From: Abditibacterium sp. | Lineage (GTDB): Bacteria; Armatimonadota; Abditibacteriia; Abditibacteriales; Abditibacteriaceae | Direction of reading: 5' to 3' | DNA: 64,000 nt | NCBI GenBank assembly: GCA_965199495.1 | Contig: CBDASK010000003.1 | Coordinates: 2,976,001 to 3,040,000 of the forward strand | Shown here: piece by piece, positions 9,167 through 18,997 of the stretch | How the letters are laid out: the number at the start of each line of letters is the position of its first letter | Numbering within the stretch: the stretch's first letter is position 1 | Translations under genes and position numbers: made by a program | The notes under the pieces: model-generated | The model's input: only the letters and a program-made list of their open reading frames with translations | What the model was told of the DNA's origin: nothing | Database searches by the model: none

Positions 9167-10075
9167 ATGTCCTACATTTTATGCGTTGACGATGAGCCTT
9201 CGATTTCGGCTCTAATCCAGCAAATCTTAAAGATGGCTGGACACGAAGTCGCCATCGCAAATGATGGCTTCGTGGCGCTAAAAATGGTGGCCGAGCGCGA
9301 ACCCGATCTCATCGTTTTAGATCGCTCGATGCCCGGCATGGACGGCATCGCGGTCTGCCGTGAAATCAAGGCCAACCCGTTTTTGTCGCGCGTGCCGATT
9401 TTGATTTTGACGGCTCTGGCGACGGTGGAATTTAAAGTCGAAGGTTTCGAGGCGGGCGCCGACGATTATTTGGTCAAACCGTTCGACCCGCGCGAACTGA
9501 CAGCGCGCGTCGGTTCGCTCTTGCGTTTGGTCGCGCGCGAGGGCGACCGCAATCCGTCGTCGGGCTTGCCGGGCGGACGTGCCATTGCCGCCGAAATCGA
9601 AGGCCGCGTCGCGCGCGGCGAAAGTGGCGCCGTGGTTTATATTGATATAGATAGTTTCAAGCCGTTCGCCGATACCTTTGGTTTCGCGGCGGCGGACGAA
9701 GTGATTACCGCGACCGGCAAATTGCTGGGCGAAATCGTCGCCCCCTGCGGCGACTTCGCCGGACACATCGGCGGCGACGATTTTCTGTTGGTCTGCGCCA
9801 CCGAACGCGCTCGTTCTTTAGCTCAGGAAGCCGCGCAAAGTTTCACACCCATCGTCGCGCACGCCGTCGGCCCAGAAAACGCCGAGCGCGGCACTTTTAG
9901 CGGATTGGGCCGCGACGGCCACATGCGCCAGTTCAAATTAGCGAGTTTGACTTCGGTTATCGTGCCGATTGATCCGAAGCATTGGGTTTCTGTCGCCCAT
10001 CTGGGCGAAGCGGCGGCGACATGGAAGTTAGCCGCCAAATCGAACGGCGGCGGTCGAATTGTCGAGGCGCGTTGA
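9167..10075 (+). CDS. Response regulator with GGDEF-like (GGDDF) domain
   Basis: REC domain (VDDE, LDRSMP, KPF) followed by DIDSFK and HIGGDDF. Confidence 0.9.
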   Translation: MSYILCVDDEPSISALIQQILKMAGHEVAIANDGFVALKMVAEREPDLIVLDRSMPGMDGIAVCREIKANPFLSRVPILILTALATVEFKVEGFEAGADDYLVKPFDPRELTARVGSLLRLVAREGDRNPSSGLPGGRAIAAEIEGRVARGESGAVVYIDIDSFKPFADTFGFAAADEVITATGKLLGEIVAPCGDFAGHIGGDDFLLVCATERARSLAQEAAQSFTPIVAHAVGPENAERGTFSGLGRDGHMRQFKLASLTSVIVPIDPKHWVSVAHLGEAAATWKLAAKSNGGGRIVEAR

Positions 10076-10077
10076 AC

Positions 10078-10818
10078 ATGAATGCGCCCGTTCAAAAAAT
10101 TATGTCGATTCAAAAAATCCGCTTTTCCAAATTGGTGATGTTTTCTACCGCTGTCGTTCTGCTCATTGGTCTTGCTACCGCAGGCAAAACTCAAGATGAA
10201 ACAGCCAGCGCGCAAGAAAGCGAGGTTGCTCCCCAGATTATTCTCGCGGTGCCAAATTTCAAAGGTGCCTCAGACAGAGAAGTCGCACGTTTGATAGATA
10301 GCGTGGAAGAGCAGCAAAATTTCATTCGCCGCACTCTTTTAGAGCAGTTACGGGATAAAAATCTCTCGCCTTTTGCTCGGACACAAGCTATTTTTCTCCT
10401 CAGCAATTTTTCACCAGACGATGAAACGATACTTGTCTTGGTTCACAATATGAACATGATTGGTGTTCGTGCCTCTGGTGATACAAGCTTTGCTGCAAGT
10501 CCATTCGTTGGTTTTTTCGCGCGTGGCGTATTGGCTCGCATGGGAATTCCGGTAGAAAGAAAAATATTGGAAATTATCAACACGCAGCGTCCTACTGAAA
10601 CGGAATTGAAAGAGAATCCCTACCTCAGTTCATATAGTTTCGATCCATCCGAAACGGAAGGATTCGCCGATGTGCTAACCCAAATCGAGGGCAAAGAGAG
10701 CGCACTTTTAAAACTACAAGATGGGCAGACCAAAGCCAAAATTCCGACGATTAAAGCTCAGTTCCAAGCGGTTATTGAAGTTGTAAAAAAAGGTGCAGCG
10801 CGACCGTTCAATTACTGA
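10078..10818 (+). CDS. Hypothetical exported protein, lower GC
   Basis: Long ORF with a hydrophobic N-terminal segment; AT-richer than its neighbours; start uncertain. Confidence 0.65.
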   Translation: MNAPVQKIMSIQKIRFSKLVMFSTAVVLLIGLATAGKTQDETASAQESEVAPQIILAVPNFKGASDREVARLIDSVEEQQNFIRRTLLEQLRDKNLSPFARTQAIFLLSNFSPDDETILVLVHNMNMIGVRASGDTSFAASPFVGFFARGVLARMGIPVERKILEIINTQRPTETELKENPYLSSYSFDPSETEGFADVLTQIEGKESALLKLQDGQTKAKIPTIKAQFQAVIEVVKKGAARPFNY

Positions 10819-10874
10819 GCTTTTTCGATTTGAGCCGTTGTTGAAGTCGCGCGCTTTTCTAAACTTCTCGACCG

Positions 10875-11528
10875 ATGCCCGTTTTCGATTGGCAGCCGCT
10901 GCAACTTTCGTTAAAGGTCGCGTTGGGCGCCCTAATTCTCTGCTTTCCCCTCGGCGTGGCTGCGGCGCGCGCCATGAGCGGGCGGCACTTCCCGTTCAAA
11001 GATTGGCTCGAAGCAATTCTGTTGTTACCGCTGGTTTTGCCGCCGGTCGTGACCGGATTTGCATTATTAATAATTCTCGGCAAACGCGGGCCGCTTTTCG
11101 ATTTGCGCTTGCTGTTCACGCCGTGGGCGGCGGTCTTGGCGAGCGCGGTTGTGGCGTTTCCGCTCGTTTATCAAAGTGCGCGCGCGGCGTTTGCTTCGCG
11201 CTCGGACGAACTCGAAATGGTGGCGCGCTGTCTGGGCGCCTCGAAAGTGCGCGCATTTTGGACGATTGCTTTGCCGCTCGCGTGGCCCGGTTTGGCGGCG
11301 GGCGCGGTGTTGGCGTTCGCGCGCGCGTTGGGCGAGTTTGGCGCGACGGTGATGGTCGCGGGCAACGTCGCAGGTCGCACCTTGACGGCGCCAGTCGCGA
11401 TTTATTTCGCCGCCAATGACGGCGATACAGCCACGGCGGGCATCTACGCGGCAATTTTGGCGCTTTTCAATTTGTTATTCTTAATCGGCCTGAACGTCTA
11501 CCGGCGCCGCGCTTCTAACCTTCGATGA
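10875..11528 (+). CDS. modB: Molybdate ABC transporter permease
   Basis: LPLVLPPVVTG and FARALGEFGAT motifs. Confidence 0.95.
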   Translation: MPVFDWQPLQLSLKVALGALILCFPLGVAAARAMSGRHFPFKDWLEAILLLPLVLPPVVTGFALLIILGKRGPLFDLRLLFTPWAAVLASAVVAFPLVYQSARAAFASRSDELEMVARCLGASKVRAFWTIALPLAWPGLAAGAVLAFARALGEFGATVMVAGNVAGRTLTAPVAIYFAANDGDTATAGIYAAILALFNLLFLIGLNVYRRRASNLR

Positions 11529-12268
11529 TTCGTCCTCTATCTCAAAACGCGCTTTTAATTGGCGCATTATTGGTTTTCACTTCGTTCGCGCACGCCGGAG
11601 ACATCACTGTTTCGGGCGCGGCCAGTTTGAAAGATGCTCTCAAAGAAATTGGCGGTTTATATCAAAAGTCGCATCCGCAAGCGAAAGTTAATTTCAACTT
11701 CGGCTCGTCGGGCACGCTGCAAAAGCAGATCGAAAACGGCGCGCCAGTTGACGTTTTCGTCGCGGCTTCGCAACTCAATCTCGACGCGTTATTGAAGCAA
11801 AACTTGGCCGACAAACACGCGAACTTCGGTTTCGCGCGCGGCGAGCTGGTTCTCATCGCGCCGCGCGATTCGAGTTTGCGCGATTTGGCGGGCGTCCAAA
11901 ACGTGCGCAATTTCGCCATCGGTGGGCCGGGCGTTCCGGCGGGCAACTACGCGCGCGCGGCGTTGCGTTGGTATCATTTGGACGCAATCGTCGCGCCCAA
12001 ATTGGTTTATGGCAAAGACGTGCGCGGCGTATTGCAACTGGTCGCGAGCGGCAACGCCGACGCCGGTTTGGTCTATCGCACCGACGCGCTGATTTCGCGC
12101 GATGTCAAAATCGTCAGCGTGCTTTCGCCGCGCTCGCACGCGCCGATTCGCTATCCGATGGCGCTGCTAAACAACGCGCCCAACGCGCGCGAAGGCCGCG
12201 ATTTCGTGCGGTTTTGCAAGAGCGCGGCAGTCAAAGCGATTTTGCGGAAATATGGTTTTGGCGCGTGA
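11525..12268 (+). CDS. modA: Molybdate ABC transporter substrate-binding protein
   Basis: GAASLKDA, FGSSGTLQKQIENGAPVDVF, VPAGNYA and GLVYRTDA motifs. Confidence 0.95.
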   Translation: MIRPLSQNALLIGALLVFTSFAHAGDITVSGAASLKDALKEIGGLYQKSHPQAKVNFNFGSSGTLQKQIENGAPVDVFVAASQLNLDALLKQNLADKHANFGFARGELVLIAPRDSSLRDLAGVQNVRNFAIGGPGVPAGNYARAALRWYHLDAIVAPKLVYGKDVRGVLQLVASGNADAGLVYRTDALISRDVKIVSVLSPRSHAPIRYPMALLNNAPNAREGRDFVRFCKSAAVKAILRKYGFGA

Positions 12269-12293
12269 GTTTGGTTGGGCGCTGAGGGGCATA

Positions 12294-12448
12294 ATTTCGC
12301 ACGAATGAATTCGGCGCTGTTCGGCTAAAGCCAAATGTCCACCTGCGTGGACAAATAAGAAGGTTCTTCTACGGAGAAATCGCGATTCTGTCCACGCAGG
12401 TGGACATTTGGTTTTAGCCGAACAGCGCCGAATTCATTCGTGCGAAAT
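12294..12448. repeat. Palindromic element, 60-bp inverted repeat with one mismatch (GTCCACGCAGGTGGAC family)
   Basis: 12294-12353 versus 12389-12448; each arm holds small internal hairpins. Confidence 0.9.
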
Positions 12449-12537
12449 ACCATGAAGGCGGATGAGAAAAAACCAATCGCGTCCCCTTTGCGTTTTCTTC
12501 GTGCCCGCCGTGGCTCATTGAAACTAAACTTTGGGCG

Positions 12538-12906
12538 ATGCCTTTATTTGAATACGTCTGTCGCGATTGCGACAAGCGATTTACCCACATGAGCGGCGTT
12601 GTGGCGCACGAAAAAGCGCCGCAGTGTCCGCGTTGCCATTCGGTTGAACTGCGCAAACTGATTTCGCGCGTCACGCGCGGGCGCAGCGACGATGCGCGCA
12701 TGGATTCCATCGCCGACAAATTGGAATCGCAGGATTTCGACGACCCGCGCCAGTTGCGCCGTTTCGCGCGCGAAATGGGACGCGAAATGGGCGCCGAAAC
12801 CGGCGAGGATTTGAGCGACGAAATGGAAGCGATGATCGAAGCCGAAGCCAATGGCGACGCGGGCACAAGTAATGGAGGCAGTTCTGACGATGGCACGATT
12901 TATTAA
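12538..12906 (+). CDS. FmdB-family zinc ribbon protein
   Basis: MPLFEYVCRDC...CPRCHS followed by an acidic tail. Confidence 0.9.
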   Translation: MPLFEYVCRDCDKRFTHMSGVVAHEKAPQCPRCHSVELRKLISRVTRGRSDDARMDSIADKLESQDFDDPRQLRRFAREMGREMGAETGEDLSDEMEAMIEAEANGDAGTSNGGSSDDGTIY

Positions 12907-14434
12907 ATTTTTATTCGGCGCGATTACAGCCGCGACCTTATGTTTGGCGATTCCCGCGACGGCGCAACCGCAAGTAGACGCCAACACTTCGCTCAACGAG
13001 ATGTTGCAGGCGCCCGACCAGCCGTTGCAACGCTTCTTCGCTTCGACCGATCCCAAAGGCAATAACGAAGATTACGTCACGATTGCGCCCGGCAAAACCG
13101 TGGCGCTCGACTTGACGCCGGGCACGCTGGAACGATTGTGGTCAACGGCGGGCGACATTCAAACCAACGATTTTCCGCAAGCGTTCGATCTGGCGCTGAT
13201 GACCGAGCCACGCCGCACCGTGCCGCTACTTTCCAACGGCGTGGCTGCGGTTGGTTTGCTTGAATCGAAGGCGTTTACTCTGACGCCCGAACTGAAATAT
13301 CCTTCGCTCAACACCATCAAAAATGGCGGCAAACTCATCGCGACTAATCGGGGCAAAAATCCGATTAAATGGTATTATCAAGTCACGATTCGTCCACCTT
13401 TGCTCAAGCTGTTGCCGGTTTTGCCAAAGGTCAGCGAAGTCGCCAAAAACCAGTTCACGCTGAAATTGGCGGCGGGACAAACCGGACTTATCAACGAGTG
13501 GAAAGACCCCGGCATGATTTACGAATTGCAGGTGGCTGTTGATACTGGCAGCGCCAAAGGCATCTTCGAGAAGTTGCGATTGCGCTGCGAATGGGAAGGC
13601 CAAGTCGGCGTTGACGTGCCGCTGATGAGCCTGACCGGTCAGGTCGCGGGCGACGAATTTATCTCCAACGCGGTCTGCGATTACGACGGCGCGCGTCTGC
13701 TGTTGAAATGGCCGATGCCGTTCAAAAGCGCGAAATTAAGTCTGGTCAACGAAACCGGCAAAGATTTGGATTTGGACGTGATGACGCGCGTGCAAACCTA
13801 CGACACCGAGCCGTCGGAGTTTCGTTTTTGCGCCGTCGAAAAATCGGCGACGCCGGTCAAAGGCGAGCCGGTTCCGATCTTGAAATTGAACGGGCAGGGC
13901 GCGTTCGTCGGGTTAGCTTTGGACATCAAAGCCGGGCCAGATTCGCGGCGCCGGACGTTTGGGTTTCTCGAAGGTAACGAAATCATCACCGCCGACGGCG
14001 AACGATTGGAAGGCACGGGAACCGAAGATTATTTCAGTTCGGCGTGGTATTATCCCGACAAACCATTCTTCCATCCGTTCGAGGGGCTGACGCGCAAAAC
14101 GACAACACCGCTCGAAGTTGCGGCCTACCGTTTTATGATTCCTGATGCGGTGCCGTTTCGCCGCGAACTCAAGTTCGATTTCGAGCATGGCAATGGTAAC
14201 AACGCGCCGGATATGCAGTGGAATTGGGTCGCGTTCTGGTATCAAAAGCCGCCGCTCAGCGCCACGCTGGAAAGTTCGGGTGACGGCAACGCGGTCGCGG
14301 CGCAACCCGGTTCGAGCGCGGATACGCCAATTATCGGCAACGACAAATGGAAATTGTGGCTTTCGGTTGGCGCGGGTGTGTTGTTAGGTTTGGGCGCGGC
14401 GCTGTTTCGTCGTATGCGGCGACGCAAGAGTTGA
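12890..14434 (+). CDS. DUF2961 (GH172-like) protein with signal peptide and C-terminal membrane anchor
   Basis: FLEGNE, GTGTEDYF and AYRFMIPDAVPF...FEHG motifs; C-terminal hydrophobic helix followed by RRMRRRKS. Confidence 0.85.
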   Translation: MARFIKFLFGAITAATLCLAIPATAQPQVDANTSLNEMLQAPDQPLQRFFASTDPKGNNEDYVTIAPGKTVALDLTPGTLERLWSTAGDIQTNDFPQAFDLALMTEPRRTVPLLSNGVAAVGLLESKAFTLTPELKYPSLNTIKNGGKLIATNRGKNPIKWYYQVTIRPPLLKLLPVLPKVSEVAKNQFTLKLAAGQTGLINEWKDPGMIYELQVAVDTGSAKGIFEKLRLRCEWEGQVGVDVPLMSLTGQVAGDEFISNAVCDYDGARLLLKWPMPFKSAKLSLVNETGKDLDLDVMTRVQTYDTEPSEFRFCAVEKSATPVKGEPVPILKLNGQGAFVGLALDIKAGPDSRRRTFGFLEGNEIITADGERLEGTGTEDYFSSAWYYPDKPFFHPFEGLTRKTTTPLEVAAYRFMIPDAVPFRRELKFDFEHGNGNNAPDMQWNWVAFWYQKPPLSATLESSGDGNAVAAQPGSSADTPIIGNDKWKLWLSVGAGVLLGLGAALFRRMRRRKS

Positions 14435-14529
14435 AAGCAATTTCGACTCACCCTCACACCCCCTCTGTCTTTCGGAGGGGGAGATGTCCGAAGGACAGAG
14501 GGGGGGTGAGGGTGAGTCGAAATTGCTTT
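14434..14529. repeat. CACCCCCTCTGTCCTTCGG-family palindromic element, copy 1 (internally deleted)
   Basis: Same core as 18776 and 20454, with its own outer inverted repeat AAAGCAATTTCGACTCACCC; lies between convergent genes. Confidence 0.85.
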
Positions 14530-14535
14530 GAAACT

Positions 14536-15504
14536 CTAAAAATGCGTCCACGCTTGACCAAACTCGCGCGCCTGTCCATTCTCCAAAACCCGCACTTCGC
14601 CCGCACCAACCACGGCGTGGCCAACCGGCGTGAGTTCGCCCGCGAATTCGGGCGCCACGCACAGGCAGAGTTCGTAATCTTCGCCACCCGATAACGCCCA
14701 ATCTATCGCCGAAACGCCTGCCGCGTTTGCGGCGATGCGACACGCCGGAGAAATCGGCACCTGTTCCACGTCAATTTCGATGTCTACGCCCGACGCGCGC
14801 GCGATGTGCGCGGCGTCGCCCGCCAGACCGTCGCTCAAATCTAAACCCGCGTGAATCATCGCGCGATTAAAGCGCATCAAACGCTCGATTTCGCCTAAAC
14901 GCGGCGCCGGTTGATGATGGCGCCCCAACAAGTGCGCGCGCGTGGCTGCATCTACAGCTAAGTCGGGTTGGTTCAGCAACGCCAGACCCGCCGCGCTGTC
15001 GCCCAAATCGCCGGTGACGCAAACGATGTCGCCGACGCGCGCGCCGCTTCGCGTAAGCGGTTGACCCAACGCTTCGGGCATTAAATCACCGATTAAAGTA
15101 ACGGAGATAAAAATCAAAGGCGCGCTCGTCATGTCGCCGCCCGCGATGGTAAATTCGTATTGCGCGGCCAAACTTTCCATGCCCGCGTAAAGTTGTTCGA
15201 TCCATTCGCTCGAACAATCGCGCGGTAGCGCGAGGGCGATAAATGCCGCGACGGGACGGGCGCCCATCGCGGCCAAATCGGATAAATTGACCGCCAACGA
15301 TTTGACGCCAAGCGCGAACGGCGAACTCCAATCGCGCCGAAAATGCACGTTTTCGACCAGAGCATCGGTCGTGACAATCGGATGGACCAGCGCCGCGAGA
15401 AGCGCGCCATCGTCGCCGATGCCGATTTGAGTTCCGGCACGCGTGGCCAAACCTTGGTGAAGATGGGCAATCAGGCCAAACTCGCCGCGTTGTGAAACGT
15501 TCAT
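14536..15504 (-). CDS. thiL: Thiamine-monophosphate kinase
   Basis: GEFGLI, GIGDDG, VNLSDLAAMGA, DLSDGL and GGEDYEL motifs; start placed at MNVSQRGEF. Confidence 0.95.
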   Translation of the reverse strand: MNVSQRGEFGLIAHLHQGLATRAGTQIGIGDDGALLAALVHPIVTTDALVENVHFRRDWSSPFALGVKSLAVNLSDLAAMGARPVAAFIALALPRDCSSEWIEQLYAGMESLAAQYEFTIAGGDMTSAPLIFISVTLIGDLMPEALGQPLTRSGARVGDIVCVTGDLGDSAAGLALLNQPDLAVDAATRAHLLGRHHQPAPRLGEIERLMRFNRAMIHAGLDLSDGLAGDAAHIARASGVDIEIDVEQVPISPACRIAANAAGVSAIDWALSGGEDYELCLCVAPEFAGELTPVGHAVVGAGEVRVLENGQAREFGQAWTHF

Positions 15505-15519
15505 AACTTTCAAAGAAAA

Positions 15520-16045
15520 ATGCAATCGAATCCTGAAACGACCAATTACGACGCTTTGCAGGTGCCCGGCGAACCGGGCGTATTGGTTTTGCGCGCGCCA
15601 TCCCAACACGCAAACGTGTTTGCGATGCGGGCGTTGCGAAAAACCGATTTGTCCCAAGTGCACCAATATGGGGCCGGTCGGCGCGCGTTGCCGCGATTGT
15701 CTGTCCAATCGCGGCTCGCACATCTATCAAGTCGGCGCGCCGCAGTTGCTCATGTCGTTTGGCGCGGGCGCCGTCATGGGCGCGATAGGCGCGGTTTTGG
15801 TGGACGTTTTGGGCACGCTGGCGCTGTTCGCATTGTTTTATGCGCCCACGCTTGGCCCGATTTTGGGCAAGTTCGTGACGCGCATGACCAAAGGCAAACG
15901 AGGGCCGCTCCTGGCAGCAGCCACGAGCGCGGGCATCGCGTTCGGCGCACTGGGTTTGGGCGCGTTTACCGGCACGATTTTTAATCCATTTCTGTGGATT
16001 ATGATCGTCATCGCCATTGTCGGCGTGTGGCTGTTTTTGCGCTAA
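15520..16045 (+). CDS. B-box-like zinc finger membrane protein with an apparent frameshift near 15581-15590
   Basis: CARHPNTQTCLRCGRCEKPICPKC...RCRDC plus transmembrane helices lie in frame 2, whereas the only ATG (15520) is in frame 1. Confidence 0.7.
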
Positions 16046-16064
16046 TACTCCCACTTAACTCCCG

Positions 16065-16781
16065 ATGATTCCGCTCAAAATTCTGCCCGGCTCCAAAGTC
16101 ACGCCTTACTTGACGTGGATTGTGGTGGCGCTCAACGTGGCGGCGTTCGCGGTGCAGATGTGGTTGCGCTATTTCGCCAATTTCGATTTGGCGGCGGGCC
16201 TGGGCGAGGTGCCGCGTTGTTTGTTCGCGCCCGATGCGTGCGGCATTGCGGGTGAGTTGGCGACGCGTGCCAACTGGTTTTCGCCGCTTTATTCGCTGTT
16301 TCTGCACGCCGATATTCTGCATCTGGGCTTCAATATGCTGTTTTTGCTGGTCTTTGGAGGCGCGCTCGAAGCCGAATTGGGCCGCGTGCGTTGGATGCTC
16401 TGCTACTTTTACGGCGGCTTAGTCGCGATGTTGTGTCACGCGGTTTTCTCGCCGACATCGCTGGTGCCGGTCATCGGCGCATCGGGCGCCATCGCGGCTT
16501 TGCTGGGCGCGGCTTTGGTGCGCATGGCCAAAACGTGGGTTTTGACTTACGTGCCGCCGATCTGGTTTTTGCCGTTGCCCGCGCCGCTATTTTTGGTGAT
16601 TTGGCTGGCGGCGCAGATGTCGGGTTTGTGGGGCCAGCTCACCGTCGCCAGCGCCTCGCAGGGCGGCGGCATCGCGTGGATGGCGCATCTGGGCGGCTTC
16701 GCATTTGGTGCGCTTTATGGATGGCGCACGCGCAAAAATGGGGCGAAAAAATTGGAAAAACCGGCGCCGATTGCGATTTAA
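16065..16781 (+). CDS. Rhomboid family intramembrane serine protease
   Basis: FLHADILHLGFNM, GASGA and AHLGGF motifs. Confidence 0.93.
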   Translation: MIPLKILPGSKVTPYLTWIVVALNVAAFAVQMWLRYFANFDLAAGLGEVPRCLFAPDACGIAGELATRANWFSPLYSLFLHADILHLGFNMLFLLVFGGALEAELGRVRWMLCYFYGGLVAMLCHAVFSPTSLVPVIGASGAIAALLGAALVRMAKTWVLTYVPPIWFLPLPAPLFLVIWLAAQMSGLWGQLTVASASQGGGIAWMAHLGGFAFGALYGWRTRKNGAKKLEKPAPIAI

Positions 16782-16792
16782 TTATCGCGCGT

Positions 16793-17134
16793 TCAGGCGT
16801 TGTTTTCGGTGCGCTCCATCCAGACAAATAGCGCAGCCAGCGCGCCGAGGAATAAAAGCGGCGTCGCGCTCCACGCCAATTCGCCGCTTTCGTTCGATTG
16901 CGAGTGCGCGCGTCCCGCCAAGACGCGACAACCGAGCAGCACGAGAGGATAAGCTGTGGTGGCACCGACGAAAATTCCCATCAGCAAGCGTCGGCCCGGC
17001 GAGCCGGATGGGCGTTGCGATTTGTCGAGCAACGCGGCGGCTTGCATGACGTTGGCGATCAAAACGGCGGGGTAGGCCAGCAGCGGCAACAATCCCAAAA
17101 TTTGCAGGGCTTGCGAAACGAAATGTGGTTTCAT
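16793..17134 (-). CDS. Small hypothetical membrane protein
   Basis: Three hydrophobic segments; fills the gap between confident genes. Confidence 0.6.
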   Translation of the reverse strand: MKPHFVSQALQILGLLPLLAYPAVLIANVMQAAALLDKSQRPSGSPGRRLLMGIFVGATTAYPLVLLGCRVLAGRAHSQSNESGELAWSATPLLFLGALAALFVWMERTENNA

Positions 17135-17283
17135 CGCGAAATTTCCATCAAATCACACGCCTCATTTGCAAAGATTGGAGCGTTTGCCGGATGTTTTCTG
17201 CGCGCGCGCGCCGGATTTGCGAAAATATAAAGGTCTGTTTAAAGCGCGCCACACCGTTGCGCGCCCGGTCTCCAACTTCTTCC

Positions 17284-18750
17284 ATGAATCGCCGTTTTCT
17301 CGCCGCGCTTGCCCTGAGTTGCGCGCTGGCCGCTCCCTTTGCCGCGCGCGCCTCCGCTCAAAACTCCACTTCCGCTTGGACGCCCGCCCCGCTTTTCGCG
17401 TCCGATGCCACCACCGAAACCACGCTGGCCAACGGCGTGCGCGTCGTCGTCAAGCCGACGCAAAATACGCCGGTGACTTCGATTCAGGTCTGGGTGCGCG
17501 GTGGTTCGCGCGCCGAAAGACGCGGCGAGGAAGGTTTGGCCCATCTCATCGAAGTCGCGGCGGTCGGCGGCTCGAAAAACCAGCCGTTCGCCGAATCGGG
17601 CGATGAAGGCGGTTTGGCGGGCGCGGTTCGCGTGGTCGGCGGCGAAAGCGGTTCGCTGACTTCGCGCGATTCGACGTTCTACTCGGCGACCGTCGCCACC
17701 GCCGATTGGGGCCGCGCGCTCAACGCGCTCGCCGACACGGTTTTGCGCCCCGATTTAAGTCAAGGCTCCGTAACGCGCTCCAAACTCGTGGTCGCCAACG
17801 AACTAATCACGCAGGTTTTTAATCCGATTTCGCAGGCCAGCGATTTGGCCTACGCGACGGCTTTTCCGACGCATCCCTACGGCCACGCCGAAATCGGTTC
17901 GCAGGACACATTGGGCGGACTCACGGTCGCCAAAGCGCGCGCGTTTTACGACCGCCAATACGTCGGCCAAAATATCAGCGTCGTCGTTGTGGGCGCGGTG
18001 CCGCCCGCCGAATTCGTGAGCGCCACCAAACGCCTCTTCGCCGTGGCTGCTGCGATGGCGGCGCCCAAACTTGCGCTCAAAGACGCGCCTTTGCCGACAA
18101 ATCGCGAAGTCAGCGAAAAAGCGCCGGTCTCAACCGATGCGCTGTCATTGGCGTGGCGTTCGCCGGGCATTGAGAATCCGCGCGATGTGGTGGCGACCGA
18201 CGCGCTGTTGGCGTTGTGGCGCGAAGGTTTGGACGCCAACCTGCGGCGTCTGTTGTTGCGCGACGGGCCGGACGGCGAAAACAAACCGTTGGTGGATTCT
18301 TACGATGTGGATTATCTGACGCAACGCGATCCGGGCTTGATTTTGGTGACGCTGGTCGGCGTGCAAGATCGCGCGGCGACGATTGCGGCCATCGAAGGCG
18401 AAATCAAGCGTTTGGCCGATAGCGGCCCGACCGACGCCGAAATGCAGCGCGCGTTGGATTTGCTGCGCCGCCAATATATCGAGCAGAGCGAAGGCCCGGC
18501 GGGTCAGGCGGGCGCGCTGGGTTTTTACGAAATGATCGCGAATTACAAGTTCGCCCTCGAATACGAAAAGCTGACGCAAACCGTCAATAAAGCCGATATT
18601 CAACGCATCGCGCGCGAATATCTATCGCCCGACAAAGAGATTCGAGCGACGGTCGAGCCGTTGCCGCGCCCACGCCCCGGTAATCCGGGCAACCCCGATA
18701 ACGCTCTGGGCGGCGACGGCGTCGTTCCGATTCGCTGGACGCGCGGTTGA
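17284..18750 (+). CDS. Exported M16B peptidase-like protein with degenerate zinc motif
   Basis: Signal peptide, TLANGVRV, WVRGGSR.E, GLAHLIEV (HxxEH incomplete) and HPYG. Confidence 0.85.
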   Translation: MNRRFLAALALSCALAAPFAARASAQNSTSAWTPAPLFASDATTETTLANGVRVVVKPTQNTPVTSIQVWVRGGSRAERRGEEGLAHLIEVAAVGGSKNQPFAESGDEGGLAGAVRVVGGESGSLTSRDSTFYSATVATADWGRALNALADTVLRPDLSQGSVTRSKLVVANELITQVFNPISQASDLAYATAFPTHPYGHAEIGSQDTLGGLTVAKARAFYDRQYVGQNISVVVVGAVPPAEFVSATKRLFAVAAAMAAPKLALKDAPLPTNREVSEKAPVSTDALSLAWRSPGIENPRDVVATDALLALWREGLDANLRRLLLRDGPDGENKPLVDSYDVDYLTQRDPGLILVTLVGVQDRAATIAAIEGEIKRLADSGPTDAEMQRALDLLRRQYIEQSEGPAGQAGALGFYEMIANYKFALEYEKLTQTVNKADIQRIAREYLSPDKEIRATVEPLPRPRPGNPGNPDNALGGDGVVPIRWTRG

Positions 18751-18775
18751 CACACGTAGATTAACGCGTGATTGC

Positions 18776-18957
18776 GATGCGAGCATAAGTCACACCCCCT
18801 CTGTCCTTCGGACATCTCCCCCTCCGAGAGGGGAAGAGGCGCTCAAACCCTCGACATCGCCAGAATGAACGCGAGTAACGAACAGTAAAAGCGCCTCTTC
18901 CCCTCTCGGAGGGGGAGATGTCCGAAGGACAGAGGGGGTGTGACTTATGCTCGCATC
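18776..18957. repeat. CACCCCCTCTGTCCTTCGG-family palindromic element, copy 2, 68-bp perfect inverted repeat
   Basis: 18776-18843 is the exact reverse complement of 18890-18957. Confidence 0.92.
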
Positions 18958-18997
18958 AACTTAAGTGAACTTACAAAAGCCCAAATTTTCCCCAAAA

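Noticed and set aside
10875..12268. Missing modC as a sign of a defective transporter
   Set aside because: modAB without an adjacent ATPase gene is common; the ATPase may be encoded elsewhere.
15505..15723. Long N-terminal extension of thiL
   Set aside because: It overlaps the opposite-strand zinc-finger gene; ThiL similarity starts at MNVSQRGEF (15504).
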